From NCBI GenBank assembly GCA_017499595.2, contig CM039004.1, positions 1,178,001-1,242,000 of the forward strand: 64,000 nt of DNA. Direction: 5' to 3'. The stretch is from Psilocybe cubensis. Taxonomy: Eukaryota. The notes beneath the pieces were generated by a model. That model saw nothing but the letters and a program-made list of their open reading frames with translations, did no database searches and was not told where the DNA came from. The translations under genes were made by a program, and so were the position numbers. Below, piece after piece: positions 26,201 through 39,863 of this stretch; the stretch's first letter is position 1; the number at the start of each line of letters is the position of its first letter.

Positions 26201-26834
26201 ACTGTTTGAAGAGTTCGAGGCCGGATTGTTGGCCGAGCCTCAGGGCGAGAGTACTCCTCACCAGAGCACTTTGACGAAGAAGTCTGCACCGCGCCAACAA
26301 AGAACCTCGCTGCTCGAAAAACGTCGTTCCGCCATCCGATACATCAAGTCCGACAACGACCAAAATCAACCTACTGTGCAATCCTCGGAGCAAGTCATTG
26401 AAGAAATTGAAAATGCTGGACCTTCTACCATATCCTCTATTGCGCAATGGTCTTCGCGCGCTGTCCAACCGCTAATGCCGAAAGTAATTAATCAACTGGC
26501 CCGTAGTCCGTCGGACGCATCCTCGCCTAAAGAAGGCTTGCGCAAGCTGACTCTTCTACAAGACCGCGACAGTACTAGTGGACCGGCTAAAATTAAGCCA
26601 TTGACATTGGTCGGGAAACGCCAGAAGATGCGCGCAGCCGCTCAAGACGAGAATGCTGCTCCAGGACCTGCACCTGCTCCGCGCAATAAGAATCACAAGG
26701 CATTGACGCTCGCTCGCTCTGATACAAGCAAGATGCGAGGGATTCTGCGCAAGAATGAGATTCTTCCTGATGTTGTTGTCCGTCCACCTTCTATGTCGGA
26801 GCACAACGCTTTCTCCTACAGTTTCCGTGATTGA
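23208..26834 (+). CDS. Orphan 7-transmembrane protein with large third loop and long S/P-rich tail (~1160 aa)
   Basis: ATG 23208; introns 23331-23408 and 24609-24665; seven hydrophobic segments; long open frame to the stop at 26834. Confidence 0.8.
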
Positions 26835-27404
26835 TTCACAATTTATACCTGTCTCCTCCGCATGGGTTTGAAACTTTCTAACTTCCTTTATTATTTTTAT
26901 TAATTTTGTTCTGACGCTTGCTGTTGAACTTTTTTTTGTCTCTCGGTTGCTTTCCCATTTTCCTCTTGCTTTTTACAAACTGCATCACTCATCACACCTC
27001 GCATATTATTTTGCTTTGTTCCATGCTTCCTCTTCCTCGCAAATAGTTTTAGTATAGTTTTGCTGTCTTGCTTTTCTCTCCATGCTTTACTCTCGCATCG
27101 CTATCTCCGAAAGTTCCAGTAACCGAGTTGCTGTCGAAAAATGTTTTCCTAAGTAGTACTACGCTCCTATGCCCCTATGCTGTCTCTGTATATACCAAAT
27201 TGTCTGAAGCTTAGTGCAATAAATGACAAGCCACATGGTTCATTTTCTCCTATTTGTCTCTGCGCACGCTTATAAATGAAAGCGGATCCGGATGCATCGT
27301 ATCGTATGACATGATGAACTCGGAACCATACCTCGTAAATCGTTGGAATGCCACAGCAAACTCCAAGCCAGCTTTTCATTGGAGGACCCGGTTAATGTCG
27401 TGAT

Positions 27405-28717
27405 ATGTTCTTCTCCATCCTTTCTGTCTTGTCCCGTTCGCCAGGAAGATTTGGCTCTGGCTCTGTTCCAATTTGCAGACGGGCAGACGCGTCATTTTTG
27501 ACCCCGACTCAACGCAAAAGTTTGCTCAGAATCGGAACGAGCCGCTACCTAACCTCCGCGCAAAATATGACATCGAAAGCGACAGAATCTCTGCCTGTAT
27601 CATCCATCCCTATCTTTACGACGGTAGCGGACTATCGGGCATGGAGAAACAAGGCATTTGCAGATGGAAAGACGGTCGGATTCGTGCCCACGATGGGTGC
27701 ACTTCATGATGGCCATCTATCTCTTGGTGCGTATTCTGAAATTCAGCTGGATACTTCTTTCTGATCAAATTAATCATATCATGTAGTGAGAGAGTCTCTA
27801 GCCCACAACGATCTGACTGTTGTGTCGATCTTCGTAAACCCTGCACAATTTGCTCCCCATGAAGATCTGGCAACATATCCTCGTACTTTACCCAGAGATC
27901 TAGAGCTCTTGGAAGCAGAAAAAGTACCAAGCGCTGCTTCTCCTTCAGAGGTGCATACACCCTCTGCCGTGTTTGTGCCAACGGTATCGGAGATGTATCC
28001 CTCTGGTATTGTCCAAAATGTTGCAGAGCAAAAGGGCACCTTCATCGAAGTTAAAGGATATGGTCACCAGATGGAAGGCGTCAGCAGGCCTACTTTTTTC
28101 CGAGGGGTCGCTACAGTGGTCACAAAATTGTTCAATGTGGTTCAGGTCAGTCTTTTCCGTTCAGACCACTGTACATAATTTTTTACCAAACCTTTACAAT
28201 TTCTCGCCCCTAAAAGCCCACGAATGCGTACTTTGGACAAAAAGATATCCAGCAAGCTTTGCTTCTGAAAAGGCTAGTTCGGGATCTACTCCTTTCACAC
28301 CCGGAGCCGTCCAACCTTCATATTATACCCACCACACGCGACTCGACAACTGGATTGGCACTTTCATCGAGGAATGCCTATCTCTCTACCGATGGCTACA
28401 AAGTGGCTCCCACTCTTCGTCAGGCATTGCAGGCTGCGGAGGCTGCTTGGAATGCTGGACATTCCAAGAAAAAATGCATCGAGGCTGCCATCGCTGTCGT
28501 CGAGAGCCGAAAAGCCCAAGCCCAAACCGAAGGACTGGACGTGACCATGAAATTGGACTATCTAGAGATGAACAATGCGCACACCTTTGACATTCTCGAC
28601 CACCAATTATCAAAGAAGGATGTGGATCTTGTGATATTGAGTGGTGCACTCAACGTCGACAAGACTCGTTTGATCGATAATATCCTCCTTGGCGATACTC
28701 AGCAAGTTTTGGGCTAA
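27405..28717 (+). CDS. PAN6: Pantoate-beta-alanine ligase (pantothenate synthetase)
   Basis: GFVPTMGALHDGHLSL, SIFVNPAQF, EGVSRPTFFRGVATVVTKLFN, YFGQKDIQQ, GLALSSRN, TRLIDN; two introns. Confidence 0.97.
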
Positions 28718-29550
28718 AAACTGATTACTCTAATCAATGTATCGCCTACCCCCTGCAATCTACCCCCAAGATTTATCTATTCCATCAAACGTAAAGGCTG
28801 AGGTTGCATAATCTATTCTAATTTTATTCTGCAACCGTACCAGCCAGTCGGCTTTGCTTATGATTATAACAGAATATAATCCATTGTCTCACCCCTTGGC
28901 TATTTTCTTCGAGGTGGTCTAACGAAGGCCGCAAGCGCAGCACCCAGGGAACTTTTCTCATTGGATTTATTATTTTGTAATATGGAGGATGAAGTGATCA
29001 ACCGGACGTTTAGATTTAGTGTTGGCGTTGGCTTTCTCCAGTTATTAATTATACATCAATGTATATCAATCAGATTTGCAACTGCATGAAACGGTGTAGG
29101 ATACTTTTTCGTATTCCACGTCCTAAAAGATCCATAGCAACACTACGTCTAAATATATGAATACTTGTAGCGCGAGATAGTACAACCTATCATTTATCCT
29201 GGAATGAGAGGTGCATACAACATAGTTGCTGCTGGATCCCCGACACGGAAACGCGGAATGGATCGTATTAAGTCCGGCTTTGTAGTCGCGAGAACCAGGG
29301 TGACGATAATATATAGCATGGGGAGTTCCGCAATGCCAACTTCGTCAAGTATTGTTCGAGGAATATATAACGTCGGGTACCCCAAAGTTGATACTGATCC
29401 CCTTTTGCCAAGGCGGAAAAACGATTTTCGATGATGACCAGAATAGAACAGGAGTTAAAAGTTCGTTTATGAATACATTGTCTCTGCTCCACGACTTCCC
29501 GAAACAAGAAAACGATAAATTGAACAGGGGGTGTAATGTTGGTTAGTTTG

Positions 29551-30826
29551 CTAATGTGTCGAACGGCTGAAATCAGTTCGATGTTCGGAGGTTGATCTTC
29601 CTGAGGTTAACACACTACCCCCTGTACATCCTATATCTTCCAATGTCGATTGATCTGTAATTTCTGTCAGCGTATAGGGAGTAGCAACTGAGGATGGCAT
29701 ATGGTTGGAGTGTGATATAGTCCCAACGCTACGCGTTTCGCACGTTTCCGACGTATACTCCAACAATTCAGTATCTTCACCTCGATGAAAAACGGAGTAA
29801 AAGTATGCCATCACCACGAGCAGATTGCATGCAATGAGGGATATCCCAGTCTACAAGCTTTGTATCAATTGATTAAGTGGATCAAAAACGAGAAAATACC
29901 TCGAAATAACTGAGTTTACCCCGCAAAATAGTCTTTCCTGGTTCTAAGCTTTCCGGTGCAAATAGAAACACCGCACACGCGACAGTAGCAGATGTAGTAA
30001 GGGCGCTTGCTGTAAATCCACAAAGAATAAGTCGTCGCTGTTTCCTCGGTAATCTAACGCGCCACAGCTTGTACAGAGGAGTGGCTATGAGCAAGGAATC
30101 TGAGGAGATGTTGGCTATAAAAACTGTTAGATAGTGTGAAGGAGCATTAGAAATGTTAACGCACCGACGACAATTAGTGTCCGCAAGCTATCAGGCCATT
30201 GACATGCGGCCTCTGGCCCTGAAACCAATGCAGGTTGGTGTGCACAAATGACAGCCGCCTCGGTTAGGATTGCAAGACAGAACGCAGTCGACAGTAACGC
30301 CAAACCCACAGCAAAACGCCTTGTTGGTTGTTGTGGTGGAAATATCCGTGCGATTGCAAGCGCAAGGCTGATACGGGTCATCCTAGATCACCTTAAGTTA
30401 TAGGGTCGAATTGAAATTTGTGTGCGAGAAAAACCCACCATTCGACCAGTAAAAACAGCATTAGACCGAGCCAATACCGAGCCACCAATACCTTGTGCTC
30501 TTGCAATACACTATCTGTAAGAATTTTGTAATGCAAGTCTAATACATAGGACAGTCAATATTACTTACTGGGTTTAGCGTATTCAAACCACAAAGCAGAC
30601 AAATACACACAGTCTCCTACCAAAGCCATGGTAGCAACGAAATCATCCCACCAGTAACGTTGGGTCACAGCTCGATAGTAAACTCGAAAAGCGGTGAGAG
30701 TGATAGCAATGACATGTACGACAGTTAACACAACTATGGGGAGAACTTCAGAATAATACGATCCGACTGAGGTTGTTGCTTACCATCGAGGGAGAGGGTG
30801 ACGCCAAAGCTGAGATCCAAAGTCAT
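29551..30826 (-). CDS. PTH11-like (fungal rhodopsin-domain) integral membrane protein, no CFEM domain
   Basis: Spliced MTLDLSFGVTLSLDV..TAFRVYYRAVTQRYWWDDF, WMTRISLALAIARIFP, DSLLIATPLYKLWRVRLPRKQRRLIL, followed by a Ser/Thr-rich tail. Confidence 0.8.
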
Positions 30827-31987
30827 GAGGGTTCAGATAGCTAGTTGAACGGACATACTTCTAGCATTGGCATATAAATGTACGCATTCCACCATTCCCA
30901 ATGACGAGGTAAAAACCCTGAGAAGCATTTTGGCATAGAATCTTCCATTGAAAGTGTTGGCCACCTTCGAAATAGTGTGCGATGAATCACAATGTGCGCC
31001 TTTTTATAGAACCCCCGAATACCCAAGCCGCGGGTGCGATACTTGACCGCTGGAATCCACGCATGTGAGACTAACACTTCAGCGTATATTAACCTGAATT
31101 TACTTCGTATTTATTTCACATTTCTTGCAGTGAGGTTATTTATAAGATGACGACTTCGATCGTGGCATGGGATATTGGAATGACCACTTGTGCTAGATGA
31201 CCATTTTCTTCATTTGCTCACGGATGTTGCCACGTAGATAAAGGCCCATTGGTGATCAGGATAGCTCTTGAAGAATCTAGGAGCCCCTGAGCTTGGTGAC
31301 TGTAAGATAGTTGAGGGTGTTTTGCAGTGACGAGCAAGTGAAGAAACCCATCCTCATCCTTCAGGTGCATTTATGGTTACCGGAGTCAGAAAGAGGAGAG
31401 TGGTATTCTGTAATGTCGTGAAGAAAAGGGAAATGATTCCGCACAATTTGCAGCTGGACCCTTAAGTAAAGGCACTAGCCCCAGGAGCCGCATAAGGCTT
31501 CTTATAGCATTCTGACCTGTCACGGCGGGAGGATGTACACTTCAGATTAGTGAATTGTCCATGAGAATAGTTTTTCATTGTTCTTTCATCGGCTGAGATA
31601 TGGTGGTTAAAAGGTTAACGCCCAGCAAGTTGAAACATATTGTCTTCATCCCGAATCATGGGGTAGATTTGGTACAAGGTTGGCTCAGAAATCGATTGAA
31701 CCCACATAGCTTGATATTTCTTTGTCGACAGAGAAAGGAGTAGGAGGGAAGGGATAATAAGTTGATTTGAAGTTGATCCATGTATATTCAACGTTGTCGT
31801 TCTGAAGATAAACGAGAGCGAGCTCTGACTCAGTGGCCTGAAAGGTTACGTAACTTATGGAGTCACGGTTGCAATACCATTTGCAATTTCGGCGAAGTTG
31901 AATCACTGCAGTGCTCGTGCGATGATGGTCGGATTATCCTGTTGAAATTATTCCATATCCTCAGATGCATATACTACAACTCTATGA

Positions 31988-34783
31988 TTACGCCCCACCA
32001 CCGATATCTAAGAGTTGTTCTATACTCTTCCCAAGGTCTCCTTCATTGGCCTCCAACACCCACTCCACTACTTCTACGTCGACAGCTGGGAAAATCTGCC
32101 GCAGTGTGTCGCGAGAAGCAGCAGCCGCGTTCTCGGTCGCCGTATCAATCTGTGCCTGCACACCCGCAAAGTCCAACGCTGGCGTCGGGGTCCGTGAGAT
32201 ATGCGCTCCCTCGTCAGCTAACGACTGTACTCGCGGTATTTGCAGAGCCTGTTGTTGATACACAGGCTGTGAGGGGCCCATTGCCAGCTGGTGGTGCGTA
32301 TACGGGCCCATCCTCGACGGTGTTTCTTCCGGGCCATACCCTGGCGAATTTCCGGGGGAAGATGGCATTCTTCTCACTCTGGGTTTATAAGGGGTTTGTA
32401 TCGCTGCACTATATGGCGCATCGCCATATGGTGTATGTGGTGTCTGCGCTGAATGAGGGCCATCTTGCCATGAGTTGGGATGCGACCACTGTGGAACAGG
32501 GGGTGCCCCTGACCCAGACGGCCCATCCGTACGACCCTCCCGACCAAGTTCAAATGGAGCGAACGGACCTGGTAAGTAAGAAAGCTTGTTTTCTGCTCCG
32601 TCCAAAGCTTCGGTGAAGATACGGCCAATGGCATTGAGTGGCTTTGAAATTGTCACCTGTGTCTTTTGCAGTAGTCGTTTGGCGTCTTCGGAAAGGGTTT
32701 GCGTCGGTGTAGAAATGGCTAATGGTTGCGCTGATTCTTCTCCTGCATGAGGTGATGCTGGTAGCGTATTTAGGCCCCGCATTTTAGCCTCTGCAAACGG
32801 CACCTCGGGTGATTGAGGTTCAGAAGGTGGCAACGCTTGGATAGCTTCCTCGACATTTCTTGCAAAAAGTAACCGTTAGGGAGAAAGAAGATTTTTTAAG
32901 AATTGCTTACTTTTCAAACTCTTCTTGGGTGATGCATGACAATGAAGTATGATCCATGGACTCAATGAACGACACTGCGCCCATCTGGAATCAACACAAT
33001 AAGCAAAATGGATCAATGCAATCTCATAAATTCTTACAAGACTCGAGAGATAATATCCTGCTTCGCTTTGTAGTTTAGATGGATTCCGGAAGCGGTTGAT
33101 GAATCTATGGGTACGAATGCGGAATGGGCAGAAGGTATATGACACTAGAACAGGGTACTGACTCGACGTTCGATAGCAGATGTTCCGGGTTTGCTTTCAA
33201 GACCACGAATATAAGAATCGGCACGAACGAATCTGCTCCTTCTTCCTTATGCAAATGTCTGATCAAACCTGTACACGTATAAATCAAAAGAATTGATTGA
33301 AGAGTCAAGAAAATAACTGACCAAAGATTACCTTGCAGCAGTTCAAGATGCAAATCAATTTATCTCGAGGCGCCTTGTAATGATTGATCTTCAGGAGTTC
33401 TACGATGATATTTAACACCGAAGTAATAGTCATTTTATAAGAAGGATGCACCTTGCTCTGCAAACATGAGGAAACCTTTGCTGCCTTCCCCTTCTGGGAC
33501 ATCTAGATGCTTTTCTTCTAGCCAGCCAAAAAGCGCTATACGTTGCGATAGCACTCGATCGCGTTCCAGATCATCAGTTGTTATTGGTCGAGGAGGGTTG
33601 GCATGAACCAATTGCGGAGTGAATGTGCTTTAACAATGTAAGCCAGGAGATCGTTCATATAGCACCGCACTGACAAATCATATAACCGGTTCATGACGAG
33701 TTTCTCCATGCCTTCCATGGCGTTCTCGAATTCAGTTTCAGTAGCATTCCTCCAAACATCACACTCCCTCATTTGAGCAGCGATGAACTTCGAAGACGAT
33801 CAGACTGGATACGCGTTGAAGGTAGGAAAATATCGTACGACAAGGAAATCGTTGATTATTTTCATTTGGTCATTCACAGTAAACGTCCGTTTGGCAAAGT
33901 TGCTTAAAAATCTAGAGCGTTATGAGTAAACGGTAAATGACGCGTCGAATGACTAAAAACAGCCTCACGATCGTAGATACTTGGACACTGGATCTGCGCT
34001 TTTGGTCTTCATTTGATCCAAGAACTTCTGGAAATCAAATCCCCCATCGCTTGCCTTGGGTACAGGTGATGCTGAACCACTTCCAGTTCGGTTTGGTGTT
34101 GAAGATCCAGATGCAACTGCCTTTCCATCCGGTCTCTGTGTTGCCGGGGCAGCCTGCTGAGATGCAAATGACGAAATGGTAGAGGGTGACGGTACGGCTT
34201 TCGCTGAAGCGTCAAGGGACAGTGGACGGTTGCGGAGAGGTATTGAAAACGATTTAGCAAAAGCGGCGAATGATGGAAAGGAAGAAGGAGAAGTGATAGC
34301 AGTTGCTCCGGAAGAGTCAGCAGTAGGAGGACCTGGTGATGTAGGCGACGTAATATATAGATCTTTCAGTGGTGGTACAGGAGGCGTTGGTGTGCGTGGC
34401 TGTGGAGGCGGTGGTGGGTGACTCTCTGAAGTTTCCCATGCTTCTCTGGCTGCTTTCTCCTCCTGGCTAGCCAGTGGGTCGAATTCGCTCAAAACTTCCT
34501 TGGTCACCTCGCGCTTGGGCTCCGGAGTTGAAGCGCCATCGTTGAGACCAGCAAATATCGGTTGCTCGAAAAGTGATGGATCCAAGGGCGCAATAGCAGG
34601 CTTCTCCTTTGGACTAGGAACGCTACTTGACTCTGCAGGCGAATCGTTCCATGGATTGGCGGATAGAGGGATATCGGGTGTTGCCAATGATGCAATTGGG
34701 GTTTCATCGGGAACCAACGGTGAAGGAAGATTGTCAGTGGCAGCACCGATAGGATCGAGCTTTGGTTTCTGGGAAGAGGCCAT
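31988..34783 (-). CDS. VPS9: Vps9/Rabex-5 Rab5 GEF with C-terminal CUE domain
   Basis: FDFQKFLDQMK, YKAPRDKLICILNCCKVIFG, GADSFVPILIFVVLKANP, SEAGYYLSSL; CUE-like TLRQIFPAVDVEVVEWVLEANEGDLGKSIEQLL. Confidence 0.95.
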
Positions 34784-35288
34784 ACATCCAACGATTCCAA
34801 CAACAGAAATTAAAGGGTGAAATAGAGTTATCAACAGTGGAGAAATAAGAGAGATGCCATGAAGGCCAATGGGATCATAGCATGTCCCTCAAAAGGAAAG
34901 CACGTGGAAGACGCGTCTTGAGTTGCCGCCTTTCTAGTTTGATGGCCGAGTTTCACAGTAGGTCCATGGATGAAAGCCGGAGGCTCCCTCTGCAATCTAA
35001 ATATCTATCAAGACATTCTTCATACAATATTATGAGCTAAAATGCGACGCATCCCTATGAGCTGATATGAATCAAGTAGATCCATTATTTGGGCACTACT
35101 TTACTCGAATGACTTCCAGTTCAACCTTGCCTCGCTGGACTAGTAGGCCGATTTGATAGCAAGCGCCTCACGCTAACGACCAGTCAGAACAATATAAGAG
35201 TACTGATGGATTAAAGGCAAAAAGAGGAATCTGGAAAGTTTTTCGGTGTACAAAAAAATAAAAAATATTTTTTCTATCTTGTATCAGG

Positions 35289-37639
35289 CTATCCAGCAGC
35301 TTTGATGATGTCAGCTGCTCTTTCTGCCAAAAGGTATACTGGCCCTTGAGTGTGGCAGCTTGGGACGAAAGGCTAATTTCCCGTAAGTAACTGGTCCACA
35401 ACCAGAGATAGATTGCCACTCACAAATACAGAGGCATCAACGATACGCAGGCCGTCCGCCCCTTTGACGGTTAGATCAGGATTAACTACACCCCAATTTG
35501 CGTTGAACGGCGACATGGAAGCCGTGCCCACTGCATGGAATGCACTACCAGCGACGCCGCGCGCATACGATTCAATAAGTGGATCCGTAGTTGCCCCAGC
35601 AAATGCGCTTCCAAAAGGACCGACGACATAGTCTGACCATGCAGGTGCAGACACAAACCGTAGCGCACCCTTGATAGACTCGCGAACGGCAAAAACGTCA
35701 AAATCCGTAGTCATGTACTGTGGGTCAACTATCGGTGGTGTGAATGGATCGTTGTTGCGAAGACTGATTGTCCCTCCTAGAGTGCTCACAGCCTAAGATC
35801 AATAAAAAATACAAGATGGCAACGTCAAGGACTTACGTGATGTTGGACTTAGGAGGGCAGTGACCACAGTAAGAAAATCTCGTGTCGCTGGGATAGAAAC
35901 GCCCGGTTCAAAGAACAGGTTCTGATATTAAGAAAAAGTGACGCTGTGAGCCTAAATTAATATCACGTTCAGGCAGGCTTACGCTGAAAATGATTTCCCA
36001 ATGCGGAGAACTGTGCCCAGGCGTTGGGTCAGGAGTAGTCTGGAATATAGTCGAATTGGCAGGAAATCTCAGAAAACCGTAGTTGTTAGCAACGCTGTTC
36101 GCGAATGGTCCCGTCTTTTTGCTAAGCCATTGAGACAGCGCAGCAGATGAGGCATTCGCATCTCTGAGAAGGGCATTGGCCGTTCCGTTCCCGTTAACTT
36201 CAAAAACGTTGGGGATGAGTATGTGATCACTTAAGTTAGCTCCAACCGAAGGGTTGTCGATTATGGTATTAATTCGTATACGTCCCAAGTCAGAACTGTT
36301 TCCAATCCCAGAGAGTTGAAGAAGTTGGGTTGTGCCGACTGTTCCAGCAGAAAGAATGACGTCTTTTCTCGCCGTGACCATCTGAGTTGGCCCTATGTGA
36401 AATGCTAAGTTGCAATTGTATCAGGCAATGAACAAAATTATAGGAACCTATTGTAGTATTTGGAGGTATGGGAGAGGCCATGAATTGAACACCACGAAAG
36501 GAGGGAGCCCCTGTTGACGAATTTCCAGTTTGAACAAGTGATAGAACCGTCGCATTGACAAGGACGAATAAGTTCGGTCGATTGATTGCATTCGCCAGGT
36601 ACGTATTTGAGGAGCTGCTGCGTATTCCACCACCCGCGCTTGACTGGATAAATCCGACACCCAAAAGTCCATGATTCCCACCAGCGGTATCTTCGTTAAA
36701 AAAGAATTCGGGTAGTTGTTGGGTGGTAGCCCAAACCCGGGCGTCAATTGATTGGTTATTTCCGGGAAGGCTGACAGGGAGCACCCCAGTTGTCCCATGG
36801 TCAGTGGGATCAAACTGTCCAGTAGTATTGTGATTATCAGCCGGTGGAACCATTTTTTCGTGCTGATATATTTATATAGTCAGTTAAGACAGATGGAAAT
36901 GTACGCTTGTAAACTGGCCTACCTTCGTTACATACTGCGCCATGTTAGCCCATCTCCATCCCTTATCACCCCCGACATTACCAAATCTGTTCCAATCGTC
37001 GCTTGTACAATACTGATGAAACAAAAAATCTAATGAAAAGACATTAAATAATATTTCAATTTTGCTTTACTTGTAACTCACTGATGCTGCTGGATCCTCC
37101 TAGAACCCGGCCTCTAATATACGGCACAGTTCTGTCAAGCAGCCCTGGTTGAATCGAGGTGGAAGTATTCCAGTCAAAAGCGGTCTCTGTTGAAAACGCT
37201 GGTGTCAAATTTTTAAGCTTTTATATACTCCTTGACGTACGAGGAGCTAAAGTTGGGGCAAGGAAGGGCACTTGAAGCGAAGTTATTCCTTGGTTACTGT
37301 CCAATTTTCTGTTAATTAATTGTACTATACTGACAAAGAGCAAACCTACTTGAGTCCAGCTTCAAGTACAAGCACCGTAACTGAGGAATTTTCGGTCAAA
37401 CGGCTCGCGAGAACGAGCCCTGCAGTTCCGCCTGATGGATATATGACGATCAATCAATCATAGCGCTCTATCCAAGAACAATTGATTTGTTTCTACATAC
37501 CTCCAACAATTACATAGTCATACACTGTTGTTACCACCCGAAGCGGCATTGTCAACAGGATAGATGCAACGGGTATTGCATTGAGAAGAGAGAATACAAG
37601 ACAGGTGTTAATGAATCTGTGCAGGTAGAAAGCCATCAT
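35289..37639 (-). CDS. Secreted GMC oxidoreductase, aryl-alcohol oxidase/dehydrogenase-like (CAZy AA3_2)
   Basis: Signal-like N-terminus, YDYVIVGGGTAGLVLASRL, RGRVLGGSSS, VILSAGTVGTTQLLQLSGIG, VGANLSDH, catalytic His pair FHAVGT and PSCHTQ, AERAADII. Confidence 0.92.
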
Positions 37640-38474
37640 TCGTCTTCACGCCTTCCAGGTTCTGAGAGACTTTGCCACAATTTATACCTCTTCTTATACA
37701 TCATGTGTTATTTCAAAAAGGTTTGCTGGCGGTATTGCTGCACGATAATTGTGTTGTAAAATGAATGAATGCGCGCCTTCTCACGTCCGTCCTGAGTGAC
37801 ATCTCCGTGTAATAATGAGATGGCATATAAGTAGGCCATAACTAAAGGGTATCAGCCAGAAGCAAAGCGGGTGTTAAGACAAAGCCTCACCAAATCATAG
37901 ACCAATAGATCGTTGTTTTTTTACCAAAAACTACGGTCAGAAATTTCCTTCCCGTTTGGAGGATATGTACATGGACGTCGATAACAATTGCCTTCATATG
38001 CATCACCTATTTCTAGCCCATAGGAAATAGCAGACATCGTCGAAGTTGATGAAATAGAACCGGAGGCGCCAGTGACTTTTCCATAATTTTAGCGGTGAGA
38101 GATTGAGCAACGAAAGACTGCACCAGCACATGGGCAGACAATACTTCAAGCTTCAAGTTGTGTGGCATGAAATCTGAATGTTAACAGAGAAGTTATTCAA
38201 GTTACCATGGGCTAGTTCGGAAGCCATGACGCCTTCAGAAGTTGAAAGTTGAAATAATTCAAGCGGACAGTATAGAACCAGCTATCGGTGTCGAAGCTGA
38301 TTGGATATTGTAAATGGCAACATGAGAGTCTTGGTGAGAGCCTTCAAGAGTCGCAATTTGGACAAAATCCTGTACAAATATAGGCAAAGAGTACCTAAAT
38401 ATAGATATTACAGTGTAATTTCTTTTGATGAAGAAAATATTTTTCTTCTTCAATATGGTTGAATCTTTTGTTTG

Positions 38475-39858
38475 ATGACGGTCGGGGTACTGGAATTTTA
38501 TAGTGGTATAGGTGAGCGATACATTTTTTAAATATCAGAATCGCGTGAATAACATAACAGGTGGCCTTCACCTTGCCCTCGCCAGAAGCAGCGTCGATGC
38601 AAAGGTTATTCAGGCTCTTGACTGGGACCAAACCGCGTGCAATGTTTACCGCGCAAACCATGGCAATGTCGCCAGAAAAGTGCGTTATTTTTTGAAATCG
38701 ATACAACGTTAACTAGATCTAATGTTTGAATAGGTAGATATATCTACACTTACTGCAACAGAACTGTCCAGATTGAAAGCAGACCTTTGGTTGCTTTCCC
38801 CCGCTTGTCAACCATACACCGTCTTGAATCCAAACGCGAAAGGAGCAGACGATCCAAGAGCACAGTCATTCATCCATCTAGTGAAGAATGTACTACCAGC
38901 ATTGGCTTCTTGCGATGACCACCCACGTCGGTTGCTTGTTGAGAATGTAGCAGGATTCGAGGTACGTTCACCGAATGTGTCGAGTATATTCAGATATAGA
39001 ATTTTCTTCAAGGATTCAACCACACGCCAAACCTTGGTGACCACTCTTCGATCCATTGGCTACAATACTGTTGAGCTCTTGTTGACTCCTTTGCAATTCG
39101 GCATCCCAAACTCCCGATTGCGTTATTATCTCCTCGCCAAAAAGGCACCTCTCGCTTTCAAACACGTTTCTCCTGGTGCCTCCAACGAAGTTTGGCGTCA
39201 AATACCTGGATCGGGGCCAGCTTGGTCAGATTCCCGCCTGGATATCGAGAAAGATTCGACGATCGACCTTTCTGATATCTTGGAAATCAAAAGCTATTTA
39301 GACAAGCCTTCAGACGAGGAGAAGGCAAATGAGAATGCAGTTCCGGATAAGATTTTACTGAAATGGGGTCGATTGTTCGACATTGTCAAGCCGTCTTCCA
39401 AAAGGACATGCTGTTTTACCCGCGGTGAGATAATTCAACAATGACCTGGAGCTGTGACTGATTTTTGTACAGGCTACACTCAACTTGTGGAAAGGGCTGG
39501 GTCCATTCTCCAAGAGAACGAACAATTAGATGTATGTTCACTCATTGATGGATATTATTTGATCAGTGTCTCATTGCTTAATTTGCAGACAACTTCGACG
39601 TTTGATGAGTTCCTCGAAGCACAATCCTCAGGACATCCCAATGCCGTTGATATTTTGCATCCATTGAAGCTGAGGTATTTCTCACCTTCTGAGCTCCTTC
39701 GTATATTCGCATTCGAATCTATCGGCACCGACGCCAAATTCATCTGGCCGGACAATGTATCGAGAAAAACAAAGTATAAATTAATTGGCAACAGTGTTAA
39801 TGTGAAGGTCGTCCAAGAGCTCATCGAATATCTTTTCGATGAATGCGAATCGGGTTAA
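38475..39858 (+). CDS. DNMT2: DNMT2/TRDMT1/Pmt1 tRNA cytosine-38 C5-methyltransferase
   Basis: Motif I LEFYSGIGG, motif IV SPACQPY, ENV, QFGIPNSRLRYY, Dnmt2-diagnostic CFT (CCFTRGY), LRYFSPSE, LIGNSVNV; six exons. Confidence 0.93.
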
Positions 39859-39863
39859 TCGAA

